Assembly: GCA_000002435.2 (NCBI GenBank)
Contig: CM018793.1
DNA length: 64,000 nucleotides
Reading direction: 5' to 3' (one strand)
Source of the DNA: Giardia intestinalis
Lineage: Eukaryota
Part shown: piece by piece, positions 18,779 to 29,151 of the stretch
How positions within the stretch are numbered: the stretch's first letter is position 1
Layout of the letters: each line of letters opens with the position of its first letter
Notes under the pieces: generated by a model
What the model was told of the DNA's origin: nothing
Databases searched by the model: none
Seen by the model: the letters and a program-made list of their open reading frames with translations, nothing else
Translations under genes and position numbers: made by a program

Positions 18779-19537
18779 ATGGCACTTATTGAGGCGGCCA
18801 AGGAGAACAGGCTGGACTACGTCAGGGCCCACAAGGCCGCGGACGCAGGCCAGAGGGACGCAGACGGGAAGACGGCGCTCATGTGGGCCGCCGAGGCCGG
18901 GCACACCGCCGTCGCCCTGGAGCTGGTCGACGCAGAGGCGGGCCTGGTCTCGAACGACGGGTCCTTCGCGCTGATCGCGGCGGCAAAGAGGGGGAACCTC
19001 GAGCTGATCCAGGCCCTTTTCGAGAAGGAGGGGAGGCTGCGGGACGCCGGCAAGCTCTCCGCCCTCAACCACGCCTCCAGGGCGAAGCAGTTCGAGGCGG
19101 CCAAGGTCCTCCGGCTGAAGACCATCGAGACGATGGACGCGGCGATGCTGGAGCAGCTCCGCCAGAGGGTCGCGGCCACCTACACCGAGATGGCCAAGAA
19201 GTCGCAGCAGGCCGAGGTCAAGAGCCACAACATGGCCATCTTCCGCTCGTTCTTCGAGGCGTTCTACTCCCTCTCCTGCTCGGGGATCGACCAGGGGGCG
19301 GAGATCTCGGAGGAGCAGCTGAACAAGTCCCTCGAGAAGTGCCTGGGCGAGATCCGCAAGCTCCTCAACTCGAAGAAGTACACGAAGTGCGTGAAGTGCC
19401 GCGCCAACGCCCCCAACCTGGTCTGCATGCCGTGCAAGCACTACGTCCTCTGCAAGGACTGCGGGAAGGACGTGGCCAGCAAGGTCTGTCCTGCTTGCAA
19501 CAAGCCGGTCGAGGAGTTCATGGAGGTCTTCAAGTAA
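18779..19537 (+). CDS. ankyrin-repeat protein with a C-terminal RING-type (C3HC4-like) zinc finger; putative E3 ligase
   Basis: 3-4 ankyrin repeats (KTALMWAAEAGHTAVALEL, SFALIAAAKRGNLELIQAL), a coiled segment, then CVKCRANAPNLVCMPCKHYVLCKDCGKDVASKVCPACNKPV (IAP/MIB-type RING spacing). GC-rich. Confidence 0.7.
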   Translation: MALIEAAKENRLDYVRAHKAADAGQRDADGKTALMWAAEAGHTAVALELVDAEAGLVSNDGSFALIAAAKRGNLELIQALFEKEGRLRDAGKLSALNHASRAKQFEAAKVLRLKTIETMDAAMLEQLRQRVAATYTEMAKKSQQAEVKSHNMAIFRSFFEAFYSLSCSGIDQGAEISEEQLNKSLEKCLGEIRKLLNSKKYTKCVKCRANAPNLVCMPCKHYVLCKDCGKDVASKVCPACNKPVEEFMEVFK

Positions 19538-19539
19538 AC
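19533..19539 (+). terminator. polyadenylation signal AGTAAAC overlapping the stop
   Basis: ttcaAGTAAACgc; TAA at 19535-19537. Confidence 0.6.
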
Positions 19540-19829
19540 GCTAAGAGGCGCTCCACGCACTGCAGATGTCCACCTAGTCGGGGCTCACCAGTAGGATTGC
19601 TTTGGCAGCTGCGCCACGAACCACACAGGACGGAGACGCGGTGATTGGCGCAGCCTCAGAAGGAGCCAGCGGACGCGACCCGTGACAGTCTGACAGGACC
19701 AGATTTGTGAAGACGTCTGCCTCTGCAAGCCCCTCCACCCAGCGGCCGTAGCCGAGACCCACCCTGGCCCTCTTTCCCATCAGTCCACCCAGACAAGGCT
19801 TACTGTAGAACCGATGCTTCCCGCTGTTC

Positions 19830-22206
19830 AGTGTATTTGTTTGGCTAAAGACACGCGGGTCCTTTTCAGATGCGGCTGCAGGGCCATCCCGCGTGGAGCT
19901 GGGAGAGCGCAACGGCCTCCTCCGCCGCGTACTGCTCCGGGGCGTCGGCAGGCTGCTCTCGTAGAGCCAGCCGTGGTGGGCCAGCGCCAGCCGTCCTCGC
20001 TGCACGGGCTTATGGAGAGCTGGTAGATGAGCCTCGTCAGGTGCTCGCGGAAGGCGGGGAGGCCCTGCAGCTCGAACACCCCGTATATGCGCGAGTAGTC
20101 CCCGCCGCGAGAGCAGTATGTGCTTGGCGATCTTCAGAAGCACGACGATGGACGAAAGGTTGTTGACCTTGGACAGCTGGTACCCTGGGAAGTTGCACGT
20201 GAGCGTGCCCGCCGTGTTTATGTTGGCGGGGTTGTTGGTGCTATTGTCTCCGCGCAGGAACTCCATCAGGTTGGCCAGGTTGTTCGGGATGTACGCCATC
20301 GGCGGCCTGGAGCCCCCACCCGGGACGCTCTGCGCCGCGGCCCCTGGCTGGCCGCCGTGCTGGACGGCTGCAGGATGTGCGAGACGTAGCCGTAGAAGCA
20401 GCGCGACGCCGTCAGCAGGCAGAACAGCCGCCTGCCGCTCGCCAGGCTGTGGAGGGGCCTCGCGGGGCCTAGCGCCGGGTCCGGCGGGGCGCCCTGCTTG
20501 GCGGGCCTGGCCTGCAGGAGGAGAAGGATGTGGAGGCAGCTCTTCAGCACAGACTCCCGGACGTGCTGCGTGGACGATGGGGTGTTGTTGGAGAACGCGC
20601 CCTTCTCAGCGTCCTTCGTCGTGCCCGCAGCCGCCTTGGCCGACAGGACCGTCTCGAGCATGTGGGGGACCCCGCACAGCGCCAGGCGGAGCAGCGACGA
20701 GAGGAACGCCGGCATGTCGACCTCCCGGTTCAGGTGGTAGAGCTGGTGCCCCAGGACGCAGTCGGCCTCGTTGGAAATGCCGACGAGCATCGCCTGCTGG
20801 ACGTCCAGGGGGAGCGCGTAGGCGAGCACATTGACCAGCTCGTGGTACTTGATGCTGCGGAACCGCTCCTCGTGGTAGTTGAAGGACAGCACCTTCTCTA
20901 TGCACCGCTCGAAGTAGGGCAGATTGCCCTTCGCACCCGGCCTCCCCGAGAACGGGAAGGACGCGGTCAGCCCCCGCTTGACCCTGTTGAGGTACATGCG
21001 GTAGTCGCCGGTGGCCACCGCGTTGCCGAGGGTGCGCTCCAGCTCGGCGTCGTGCCCGCCGCCCAGGTCGCTCCGACCGCCGACAGAGGTCTCCTGGGAG
21101 CGCGACACGACGGACTCTCTGGCGTCGCAGCTGTACCGCATGGCCATGTACCCCCCGTGGAGGTCTGCCAGGGACTGCAGGCCGATCCGCACGTCCGGCC
21201 CGGGGAGCGGCTGGAAGAGCCCCGGGCGCCGCCTGTTGGGCTGGGGGCGTTGAAGGCTGTCATGACGCTTGCACACTCTGCTATCTGGTCTGCGACGCCC
21301 TTGTCGGCGTAGGGGAGACGTTGCCGGACGAGAAGGGGGCGTCCTTCGGCCTGAACGAGCCCTCGAAGAACCGCAGCAGGGCCGCGACAGACGAGGACGT
21401 GGGGTTGACGTAGCCACGAAAGCGCGGGGGCGGAAGCCGCTTGACGGTCTTGATCGCGCAAGACCCGGCGCTGCCCTGCTCCTCCAGGGCCATCCTGCGG
21501 ATGCTCCGGCACTTCCGGGCCTGCTTGTGGTCGCCCAGCGGGCCCAGGAGGAGGAGGAGCGCCTGTCTCAGCAGGGCCACCGGGCGGCAGCAAGCCACGC
21601 AGCGGGCGATCGCGTTGTTGAAGGTGTTGTTGTGCGGGCCCGCGTCTGCCTGGATCAGCTTGGAGAGTAGGAGCGCAAGGGGGTGGACCAGAGCCCTGAC
21701 GAAGCCTTCGAAGGTGTGGAGGTAGGGCGAGCAGTCGACTGAGCCGTCCAGGCGATCGTAGACGGTGTGCTCGAAGACGGTGACCCCCCGCAGGTTCAGG
21801 GAGGCCAGCACGAGATGCAGGACCTGGATGCAGTGGGTCAGGGGAGGCGGGAGCTGCTTGCTTGCGTTCTGCGTCGACTCCGCCCTCAAGTCCGAGAGGG
21901 AGACCGCGCACTCGCCGGGACGCCGAACCGCTTGAGGACCTGCCTGAAAAGGGAGCCGCCGTTGTGGAGGAAGAGGAGGAGCGCCCGCCTCGCCTCGTCG
22001 GCGCCCAGCTCGTCCTCGAAGAGCGAGAGGAACGACTCGCTGAGCTCGTAGATCGCCGGCTCCACGTCCGACCACACGACCGAGAGCGGGGCGGTCGTCC
22101 GGTCCCAGTCCAGGCTTCCGTCCCCCATGTTTGCGTTTTCTGGCCCCGCGTGTCCCTCTGCCCCAATCCATAGGGCCATGGGCTTGAGCAGACGAGAGCC
22201 GCCCAT
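19830..22206 (-). pseudogene. GC-rich gene of unknown function disrupted by >=4 frame changes (pseudogene, or assembly indels)
   Basis: Protein-like segments lie end to end on the minus strand but in different frames: 21886..22206 (MALWIGAEGHAG...ELSESFLSLFEDELGADEARRALLLFLHNGGSLFRQVLKRFG); 21281..~21900 (...THCIQVLHLVLASLNLRGVTVFEHTVYDRLDG...NNAIARCVACCRPVALLRQALLLLLGP...); ~21230-21300 (LPYADKGVADQIAECASVMTAFNAP); 20266..~21230 (...GNLPYFERCIEKVLSFNYHEERFRSIKYHELVNVLAYALPLDVQQAMLVGISNEADCVLGHQLYHLNRE...CLHILLLLQARPAKQ...); 19830..~20300 (MAYIPNNLANLMEFLRGDN...SSIVVLLKIAKHILLSRRGLLAHIRGVFELQGLPAFREHLTRLIYQLSISP). Confidence 0.4.
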
Positions 22207-24275
22207 TCATCCTCTACTATACGTTTCCACGGATGGCACCGTTCGCGGCAGGGGCACTGAAGCCTCAGGCGTTCCTCTCTGCCAACAACCATGAACTACG
22301 GTAAGGTTCTGACTAGGCTGGAAGGCGCTCTGGCGGTGGCACGGGCAACTGCTAGACCCACCCGCATCGGCCTCTGGTCATGAAGGCGAGCTGGCCCTTC
22401 CTTGGTGTGTCCTCCATACTAGTGGGACTTGCCGCGCTTCCCCCTCACGTGCAGCCAAAGGCCATGGCCGACGTCCGCACTGGTCATATAGCCGACCTCT
22501 GTGACTCTGGTGGCAGCGTGCTTGCTCGCTTATTCCGCGAGGCATGGGCATGGTAGTTACCGGCCTTGCTGCACAGCTCTTGACGGCGCCTTCCAGCCAT
22601 TGCATCGGCCAGCTGTGCTACTTACAAGAAGCTCGCGCGCGTTCCCAACGTTGCAGCGACGCACGCTTGATCCCCGGCGGTGATTACTTTCATTAGTGGT
22701 GGTGCCCGCTCCGTCTCTAATCTAGTGTCGAACACACCAAGGATACGGCGGCGCCACTCACGTTGCCGACGACCGCTTTATCCTGGCTTCTCAGATTGAA
22801 GGAGTGCTCTTGCTGGGCGTGGGCTCCCACGCTCCCCTTCATGGCCTCCTGGCCCTGTGCAATCTCTTCCTGGAGGACGGGGTGCTGCTGCGCGCGATGT
22901 CGTGCACGGCATGTCGCCGAAGCAATAGCAGGGCTGCGCAATCATGCATCCACTTGGTGGGCTACATGACTTGGCCCGCCATGCTTCTCTGTGCCTTCTT
23001 GTCAGTGCTAAGCGGGCACCCTTACGACGGCCAGCGCCTATGCGGCTGCGTGTCCATTCAATATATTTGCTCGCGTCCTTGCCGGTTTACCGTACTTGGT
23101 CTCCTCATTGAGCTCTGCAATTGCCAGCTGCCACAGAGCGAGGCAGGTTCTTACTCTGCCCGAGGGCGATTATTGTGGGAAGCTCCATGCAAAGAACGAC
23201 TCCACAGCGGCTCAGTTTGTTATATGGACAGCGGGCAACCCGAGTTATTCGTGGGGGAGACAGTGCCACAGACACATACCCTCTTCTCTCAATTCTAACG
23301 AGCAATCTTACAAGACCAGAAACAGAAGATTGCTGTCCATGAGGGCGGCTCTAAACTGCTCGGCGCATACAATGCACTCGAGAAGAGGCCTCCTGAAGAT
23401 GTGCTGGTAGGTGCGGAATCGGACGGTCCGATCGAGACGCCGTCCCTGGCAGCCACTGGTTCTCCTAGGGGCGACGAGCCCCATGCCCCCGATGGACTCC
23501 CACTTCCAAAGCCCCAGCCAGCAACGTCTGGTGCCTCCAAGTGCTCCTCTCAAACTAGCCAGTTACCTTATTGCACTGAGGCTAGTTTGTCAGCTGTTGC
23601 CTGACCAGGTCCTCCATGCGAGCCACCGCCGCCCTAGGTTGACAACCTCTCGCTCGTTCACTAGCTGAGACCCAGAATCCGAAAGTCGGATGTCGTCCAG
23701 TTCTGACGGGGAAGATTTATGCCCCCTCCCTCGAGGTGATAGCGAATGCAGATGAGCGTTCGAGGCTGGTAATGGCACCAATCACTCGCCCCGCTTGTCG
23801 AGACGGACCCACACGTGACCTATGTGAATCCCTCGACGGGCAAGTTGGGGCCCCTGGGGTGCTTGGCTGACAGAGGCGGACGAGTCCTGGCTGCCCACAA
23901 CCAGCCGGCGGAAGGGGAGGTCCTAGAAGGCCCTGCGAGAAGCACAGCAGCTCCCAAGAGGATAGGGCAAACCTTCTTCTTCTCCCACGGGGATCTAGGA
24001 CATCCGGCTCTCGGGTCTCGGAAGGTGAGCGGGAGGTCCACTCAGAGCGATGGCTCGCATGGAGAGATTTACTTAGATAGCAAATGATAAGCCCCATCTC
24101 AGTGAAACAGAGAGTAAATGGATTACTTGGACAGCGACTAGCAGATCAACCTCGATACCCCATTGGTACAGTTGACTATACGCTTAAGTAAATCTCTCCA
24201 TGCTTACCACAACAGGAACTTAACTTGTACTAATGTTCATCAGTATATAAGAACACAACATCAATCTGCAGTAAT

Positions 24276-27200
24276 TCACATGGCCCCCATTGAGCCTGGG
24301 GTCATAGAAATAGCATGTCTTGCTGTACACTCTGATGCATTAGCTATGCTGTTCATGCGCGGTGTAAGCATTAATCCTTGAAAGCTTCCTGCTTGTGGTA
24401 ACTGTAACATCATTTTTTCCTGTCCTTGTGGAGCATTTGGAGTCATGGATGGCTCAGAAAATGCGCTTGCCGGATAGGCATACGTGGCTGCCCCCGGATT
24501 CAGCGAGCTAACCGTGATAGATGACGTGAGGTTAGCTGCGGAAAGGGAACCGTCACTATCAACCGTATTTTCACTATAACCATTCTGTGTCATGAGAGCA
24601 GAGACAGTTGCCTTAAGCTCAGTGATATTTTCAGTATATTTTGTCTTCAGCTTCTTTAGAGTCGCCTGAAGCTTTTGTATTTGCCCATCTTTCTCTGCTA
24701 GTTCTTTTCCATGTTGTTCCTGTAAGTCTGAAATTTTCGCTAACTGCCGGCTTGAAAGTTCGGCTACTGTAGCTTGTTCCTTCTCCACTCGACGCTTTGC
24801 ACCCAAAAGCTCAGTAGTAAGATTAGTTATTTTGGCTGCGTTTGCAAGAGCCTCGTCTTTTGATTCCTGTTTGAGCCTAATTATTTCTCTTTCGCGTTTC
24901 TCCACAGAGTTAGCGTATCGTGTGTTGACATCTGCCAAGTCCTCCATCAGCTTAGAAATTTGTTGCCTATAGTGTGCTATCTCCTTCTTAGCATGCTCTT
25001 GCTGCTCTTCAAGCTGTCGCCTAAGTTGATCGACATCCGAAATCCTTGTGTTGTCTGCTGTCACCTGCACTTCTTGCAGCATCTCTAGCCGTCCATTGAG
25101 CTCCTGTATCTTTATAGTGGCGTCCATAGTTGTCTCAGTCAGTTCAACCTTTAAAGCACTTATATTTTCCTGAAGTTTTTCTATCATCTCATCCTTAGTT
25201 TTTAGCTGTGCCTCTAAATCAGTCCTCACCTCGGCAAGCATGCTCTTCGAAGATAAAAGTTCAGCTTGCAGGCGCTCAACTTCTGTAGTGTTAGTCTTCT
25301 GTATTATCTCTGATTTGGCTCGGACCATTTCCAACTCGGACTGGAGCTTCAATTGCTCCATCTCCCCAGTGGTCCTAGTGGCATTGCACTTTGCGTGGGA
25401 TTGCTCGAGCTGAGACTGCAGCTGAGACATTTGCGCCAGTTCTTCCTTCCGTTTCTGCTTCATGTCTTCGTTTGCATCTGTTAGTCGTGTTAATTCGTGT
25501 TCCTTTTCTGCCAACAACTCGCTGAACTGAGCCTTTTGTTGCTCTAGCACAGTATATAACTCTCTTAGTTGTGCATCCTTTTCATCAACACTTGCTAAAT
25601 AATCCTTTTTGTTGCGTTCTAATTGCTCATTCAGCATAACTATTCGCTCTTCTGTATCTGTAACGTACCGTTCGTGTACTTTCTTTGCCAGAGAGAGTTC
25701 TGAATTCAGCTGCGCTAGCTTTTCCTCTTGAGATGCAGCATCAGCCTCGCTCTGGGCCTGGAGCACTGCGTATCGACTACAGAGTCCCTTTAACTGTGCA
25801 TTCAGTCTTGACTGTGTGCTATTTCCGTCGGCAATGAGAAACTCTTGGTTTTTACGCAATTCCGTTAGCTCGTTTTGGAGATCAATAATGTTGTTCTTGC
25901 ACTCCTTAATTTGCCTATCCTTTTCTTTGATTGTTTCTGCTAGGCGAGTCTGAATAAGCTCTGTGTCCGCTTCAGCGGCTTGAACCGCGGCTTTGCTCTC
26001 TTCTCTTACACTTTGCATCTCTGCAGTTAAAGTGTTAAGTAAAGTAGTTTTTTCTTCAGTGACCCGTTCTACACTAGCATTGACTTTTTCAAGGCTGTCT
26101 TCAAGCAGCTTGAGTCTAGCTTCCATAGTGGCTTTGTAAATCTTATACTCTCCTGAAAGGGTCTCATATTCACTGCGCAGCGATCCAATGTCTTCGTCTT
26201 TTTTTAGTAATAGAGCAGTGTTCTCCGCATTGAAGTTAGAGAGCTGCGCTAGGAGGTCCTGCTTTTCTTTTTCAATACGCTGGATGTCGCTATTTGCACG
26301 TTCTTGGATCTCTTGCCTCTGCATGGCTTGTATGTCCGCCTCATTGCGCTTCTCCTCGTTAAGGGATTGAATAACCTCTTTTAAATTGGAAATCTCCAAC
26401 TCCAGCTTTTCAACTTCGCTCTCTTTGCGTAGTAATGCAGTCTCGGATGTACTGGCCAATGCAGTTAGCTTTGAGTTCAGAGAGATTACCTGAGACTCCG
26501 CGGTTTGGAGCCGCGCCTTGCACTCTATGAGCTCCCGGCTTGTCCTGTCGGCTTCTGCCTCTAAAAGTTTATAATCAGCAGTCGTGTTGGACATCTTTGC
26601 CTTCAGTTCATCTAAGACTGTGTCACGCTCCCGGAGAGTTCGCTCAGACAGGCACCTGATTTCATCGCACTTCAACAGATATGTGCGGATTTCCTCATTC
26701 TTCTTTCCTTCCATGTCTTCGGAATGCTTGATAGCTTCCTTGAGATTTTCTATTTCTTGCTCACGCTTTTCAAGCAATGAGACAAGATAGGCTTGCATTG
26801 CTGATTTTTGTTGATTTTCTTCGTGTAACTTCATTAATTCGCTATTTAAGATATTATTATCCTCAACCACTTTGGCCATGTTTTGTCGCAAGTTTACCAA
26901 ACCCTCCATGACCTGGTTATTTATAGACTCGTTTGCACCGTTCATAGATTGCAGCAGTGTATATATCTGTTTAGGGGTTATCCTGGCTATATCACTTTCT
27001 GAAAGGGAGGCGGCCGGAATGACTGTTGGGCGCTCTTTGCTAAATGTGACTTCCTTCGGCAATCCTTTTCTTGATGGACAGTTGTCTCCAGAGAGGGATA
27101 AAAGAGGGTCGAGTTCCACGGACTGGTGGAGGCTGTCTTGCATGTCGGAAATGTCTGCACTCATGTCTTTCATGGCAGTGTACGCTTCATCTATCGCTTT

Positions 27201-27395
27201 CTTTCTGGCCTCAAACTTTTCTAAGGTTGTCTTTGGGTTATTCTGGCTTGTAGTGCTCTTCTGTGCCTGAGAGTAAAGATTGGTGATAGCCTCACGAAGA
27301 TCGTTAGCCAGCTGATTCTTCGGTTCCAGCTGTGGCCTGGGCTGCACAAAAGCTTCTGGCGGCGTAGTATCTAGCGCCATCTCCCTGTTATCCAT
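24276..27395 (-). CDS. long coiled-coil protein (~1039 aa)
   Basis: Start trimmed to the ATG at 27395 (MDNREMALDT); the listed 27413 start is TTG. About 800 aa of uninterrupted heptad-rich sequence (E/K/L/Q), with non-coiled termini (S/T/P-rich C-terminus). Confidence 0.7.
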   Translation of the reverse strand: MDNREMALDTTPPEAFVQPRPQLEPKNQLANDLREAITNLYSQAQKSTTSQNNPKTTLEKFEARKKAIDEAYTAMKDMSADISDMQDSLHQSVELDPLLSLSGDNCPSRKGLPKEVTFSKERPTVIPAASLSESDIARITPKQIYTLLQSMNGANESINNQVMEGLVNLRQNMAKVVEDNNILNSELMKLHEENQQKSAMQAYLVSLLEKREQEIENLKEAIKHSEDMEGKKNEEIRTYLLKCDEIRCLSERTLRERDTVLDELKAKMSNTTADYKLLEAEADRTSRELIECKARLQTAESQVISLNSKLTALASTSETALLRKESEVEKLELEISNLKEVIQSLNEEKRNEADIQAMQRQEIQERANSDIQRIEKEKQDLLAQLSNFNAENTALLLKKDEDIGSLRSEYETLSGEYKIYKATMEARLKLLEDSLEKVNASVERVTEEKTTLLNTLTAEMQSVREESKAAVQAAEADTELIQTRLAETIKEKDRQIKECKNNIIDLQNELTELRKNQEFLIADGNSTQSRLNAQLKGLCSRYAVLQAQSEADAASQEEKLAQLNSELSLAKKVHERYVTDTEERIVMLNEQLERNKKDYLASVDEKDAQLRELYTVLEQQKAQFSELLAEKEHELTRLTDANEDMKQKRKEELAQMSQLQSQLEQSHAKCNATRTTGEMEQLKLQSELEMVRAKSEIIQKTNTTEVERLQAELLSSKSMLAEVRTDLEAQLKTKDEMIEKLQENISALKVELTETTMDATIKIQELNGRLEMLQEVQVTADNTRISDVDQLRRQLEEQQEHAKKEIAHYRQQISKLMEDLADVNTRYANSVEKREREIIRLKQESKDEALANAAKITNLTTELLGAKRRVEKEQATVAELSSRQLAKISDLQEQHGKELAEKDGQIQKLQATLKKLKTKYTENITELKATVSALMTQNGYSENTVDSDGSLSAANLTSSITVSSLNPGAATYAYPASAFSEPSMTPNAPQGQEKMMLQLPQAGSFQGLMLTPRMNSIANASECTARHAISMTPGSMGAM

Positions 27396-27675
27396 CAACA
27401 GAGCTATATTCAAAAGTAGGATAAATTTTAGTGGGAGTTAAATCTGGCTGCATACCAGTAGCTTAGCAAGGCACCCCATAGAGTGGCGGTTACAGCGTTT
27501 CTATGAAATGTTTGAGTGGAAAAGTATCAGAGTCTCTTCAGACAGAGTGAGGTTGAGTGCTAGATTTACTGTCAGGCAATATTAGTGTATTATTAGATGA
27601 GAACTATGCTATGTACCGAATCGCTAGCGGGAGTTACGAGGCCTCTAACAGCCTAGACTCTCACATCTTTTAAAA

Positions 27676-28461
27676 ATGGCTCGTGAGCTACGCCCAGATG
27701 GACGAGAAAAACTGGAGCACCGGGAGCCGACTGTGCTCTTCAACTGTATATCTACCTCAACAGGATCCGTGCGGTTTCGCCTTGGCGGCACAGATCTTAT
27801 TGCCTCTGTCTACCTCGATGCACCTCAGAACTCACCATTCAAGCTTACTGTTGAAGCGCTGCCCACAGTCGCAGATGCTTATCGGCTTACTTCGAATATA
27901 CGCGTATTAGTAGGTAGCGTCTTGTCCAGTGTAGTTTTATCTGAGCAAAAGACCTGTTCTCTCTGTGTTTCGGGCCGAAGCTTACTTGTGCTTTCACTCC
28001 TTATCTTATCTGACGACGGTAGTGCAGTGGCCTCTGCGTGTAATGCCATATTGCTTACGCTAATGGCGATAGGAGTGACGCTCCCATATGTCCCATGTGC
28101 GGTGTCTCTAGGCTTCACCAGAACATCAGACTCCAGAACAATGCTCATAGATCCCTCAAAGACTGAGGAAAGAAGCCTCAGTGGAGCCCTTACAGCCGTT
28201 CTAGATTCAATCACAGGAGACGTCTTGGCCTGCGTTCACTCGACAGCCATCCATTCCACAGAGCTTCGGGACATTCTTGTATTGGCGAGCTCCTGCAGCG
28301 ATGTCCTGAGTAAAAACCTTTTTGATCACTTGTCACCGACCAAAGCAGGGGTGCCTCTGGGGGATATTGTGAGTAGGGTGGAGCCGTTCCCGAAACGCCA
28401 AGCAGACCATCCAACGGTTGGAAGGTACCTCAAGGTACCAAATCCGCTCGAGGACACTTAG
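27676..28461 (+). CDS. exosome complex RNase PH-like subunit (Rrp41/Rrp46/Mtr3 family)
   Basis: MARELRPDGREKLEHREPTVLFNCISTSTGSVRFRLGGTDLIASVY matches the RNase PH fold N-terminus (LR.DGR...E.R......A.GSA....G.T.V...V.GP). Initiator ttttaaaaATGgc. Confidence 0.65.
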   Translation: MARELRPDGREKLEHREPTVLFNCISTSTGSVRFRLGGTDLIASVYLDAPQNSPFKLTVEALPTVADAYRLTSNIRVLVGSVLSSVVLSEQKTCSLCVSGRSLLVLSLLILSDDGSAVASACNAILLTLMAIGVTLPYVPCAVSLGFTRTSDSRTMLIDPSKTEERSLSGALTAVLDSITGDVLACVHSTAIHSTELRDILVLASSCSDVLSKNLFDHLSPTKAGVPLGDIVSRVEPFPKRQADHPTVGRYLKVPNPLEDT

Positions 28462-28466
28462 TAAAC
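28460..28466 (+). terminator. polyadenylation signal AGTAAAC overlapping the stop
   Basis: cactTAGTAAACcg; TAG at 28459-28461. Confidence 0.6.
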
Positions 28467-28482
28467 CGACAGCAGGCATCAT

Positions 28483-29022
28483 TTACTGTTCCTGGAGCCC
28501 GCGGGAGGAGACGTAGCAGCCGTCGAGGAACTTGCGGAGATCTTTGTTGGGAACTTTAAGGCTTTCGTGGATGCGCGCAGCAGTATGCGAAACGTCCTCT
28601 ATGGAGATGCCCCTAAGGATTAGCTCGTCCTTGACATTTGTCGACATCGCTATGGTGACGCCCGGAAGGCATTCGATGCGGCGCGTCTTGATCTGGTGCA
28701 TGAAATTGCGGATCTCAATGGCCTTGTTGTTGTCCACAACGGTAGCCGCGATGGGGAAGTGAGCGTATGCCAGCCTCATCTTGTACTCAAATCCATACGT
28801 GACGCCCTTGAACATGTTCTCTATGTGTGAGCAGATGGTGCGGGGGAGAGCATTTCTCTTGCCGCGAGGGAACCAGACTGCGACGCTGATGGTGTCGTTG
28901 GCGTGGGTGATGTCGAGGGGTGCATGGGAAAAATCTCGGACCAGAGTGCCCTTCTTGCCCTTGACAGTTACAACGCGCTTGTTGATCGTGCACTCGACGT
29001 CCGTCGGGACCTTGATCGTCAT
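28483..29022 (-). CDS. RPL9: ribosomal protein L9 (uL6)
   Basis: MTIKVPTDVECTINKRVVTVKGKKGTLVRDFSH...TICSHIENMFKGVTYGFEYKMRLAYAHFPI...IEIRNF...DELILRGISIEDVSHTAARIHES...KDLRKFLDGCYVS is collinear with eukaryotic L9. An alternative upstream ATG at 29040 would add MPLCSS. Confidence 0.85.
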   Translation of the reverse strand: MTIKVPTDVECTINKRVVTVKGKKGTLVRDFSHAPLDITHANDTISVAVWFPRGKRNALPRTICSHIENMFKGVTYGFEYKMRLAYAHFPIAATVVDNNKAIEIRNFMHQIKTRRIECLPGVTIAMSTNVKDELILRGISIEDVSHTAARIHESLKVPNKDLRKFLDGCYVSSRGLQEQ

Positions 29023-29151
29023 GGAGGAACAGAGGGGCATTGCTTCGCGACCTCTAAAAAAAGAGCATCGAAAGCGGATTTAAAATTGTTTGCATATTTC
29101 TTCACGAAAGCCCAAACCGGAGAATGATTTACAAGCCACTAGGTGACCACG

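Noticed and set aside
20118-21312. Plus-strand ORFs of 238 and 260 aa (Arg/Gly/Pro-rich) and other ORFs in 19814-22210
   Set aside because: Antisense to the protein-like minus-strand segments of the broken gene. Their R/G/P/A composition is typical of GC-rich noise.
22804-23298. 164-aa plus-strand ORF in the ORF-poor stretch
   Set aside because: No initiator context, no recognisable periodicity or motif, and similar-length ORFs occur in other frames there.
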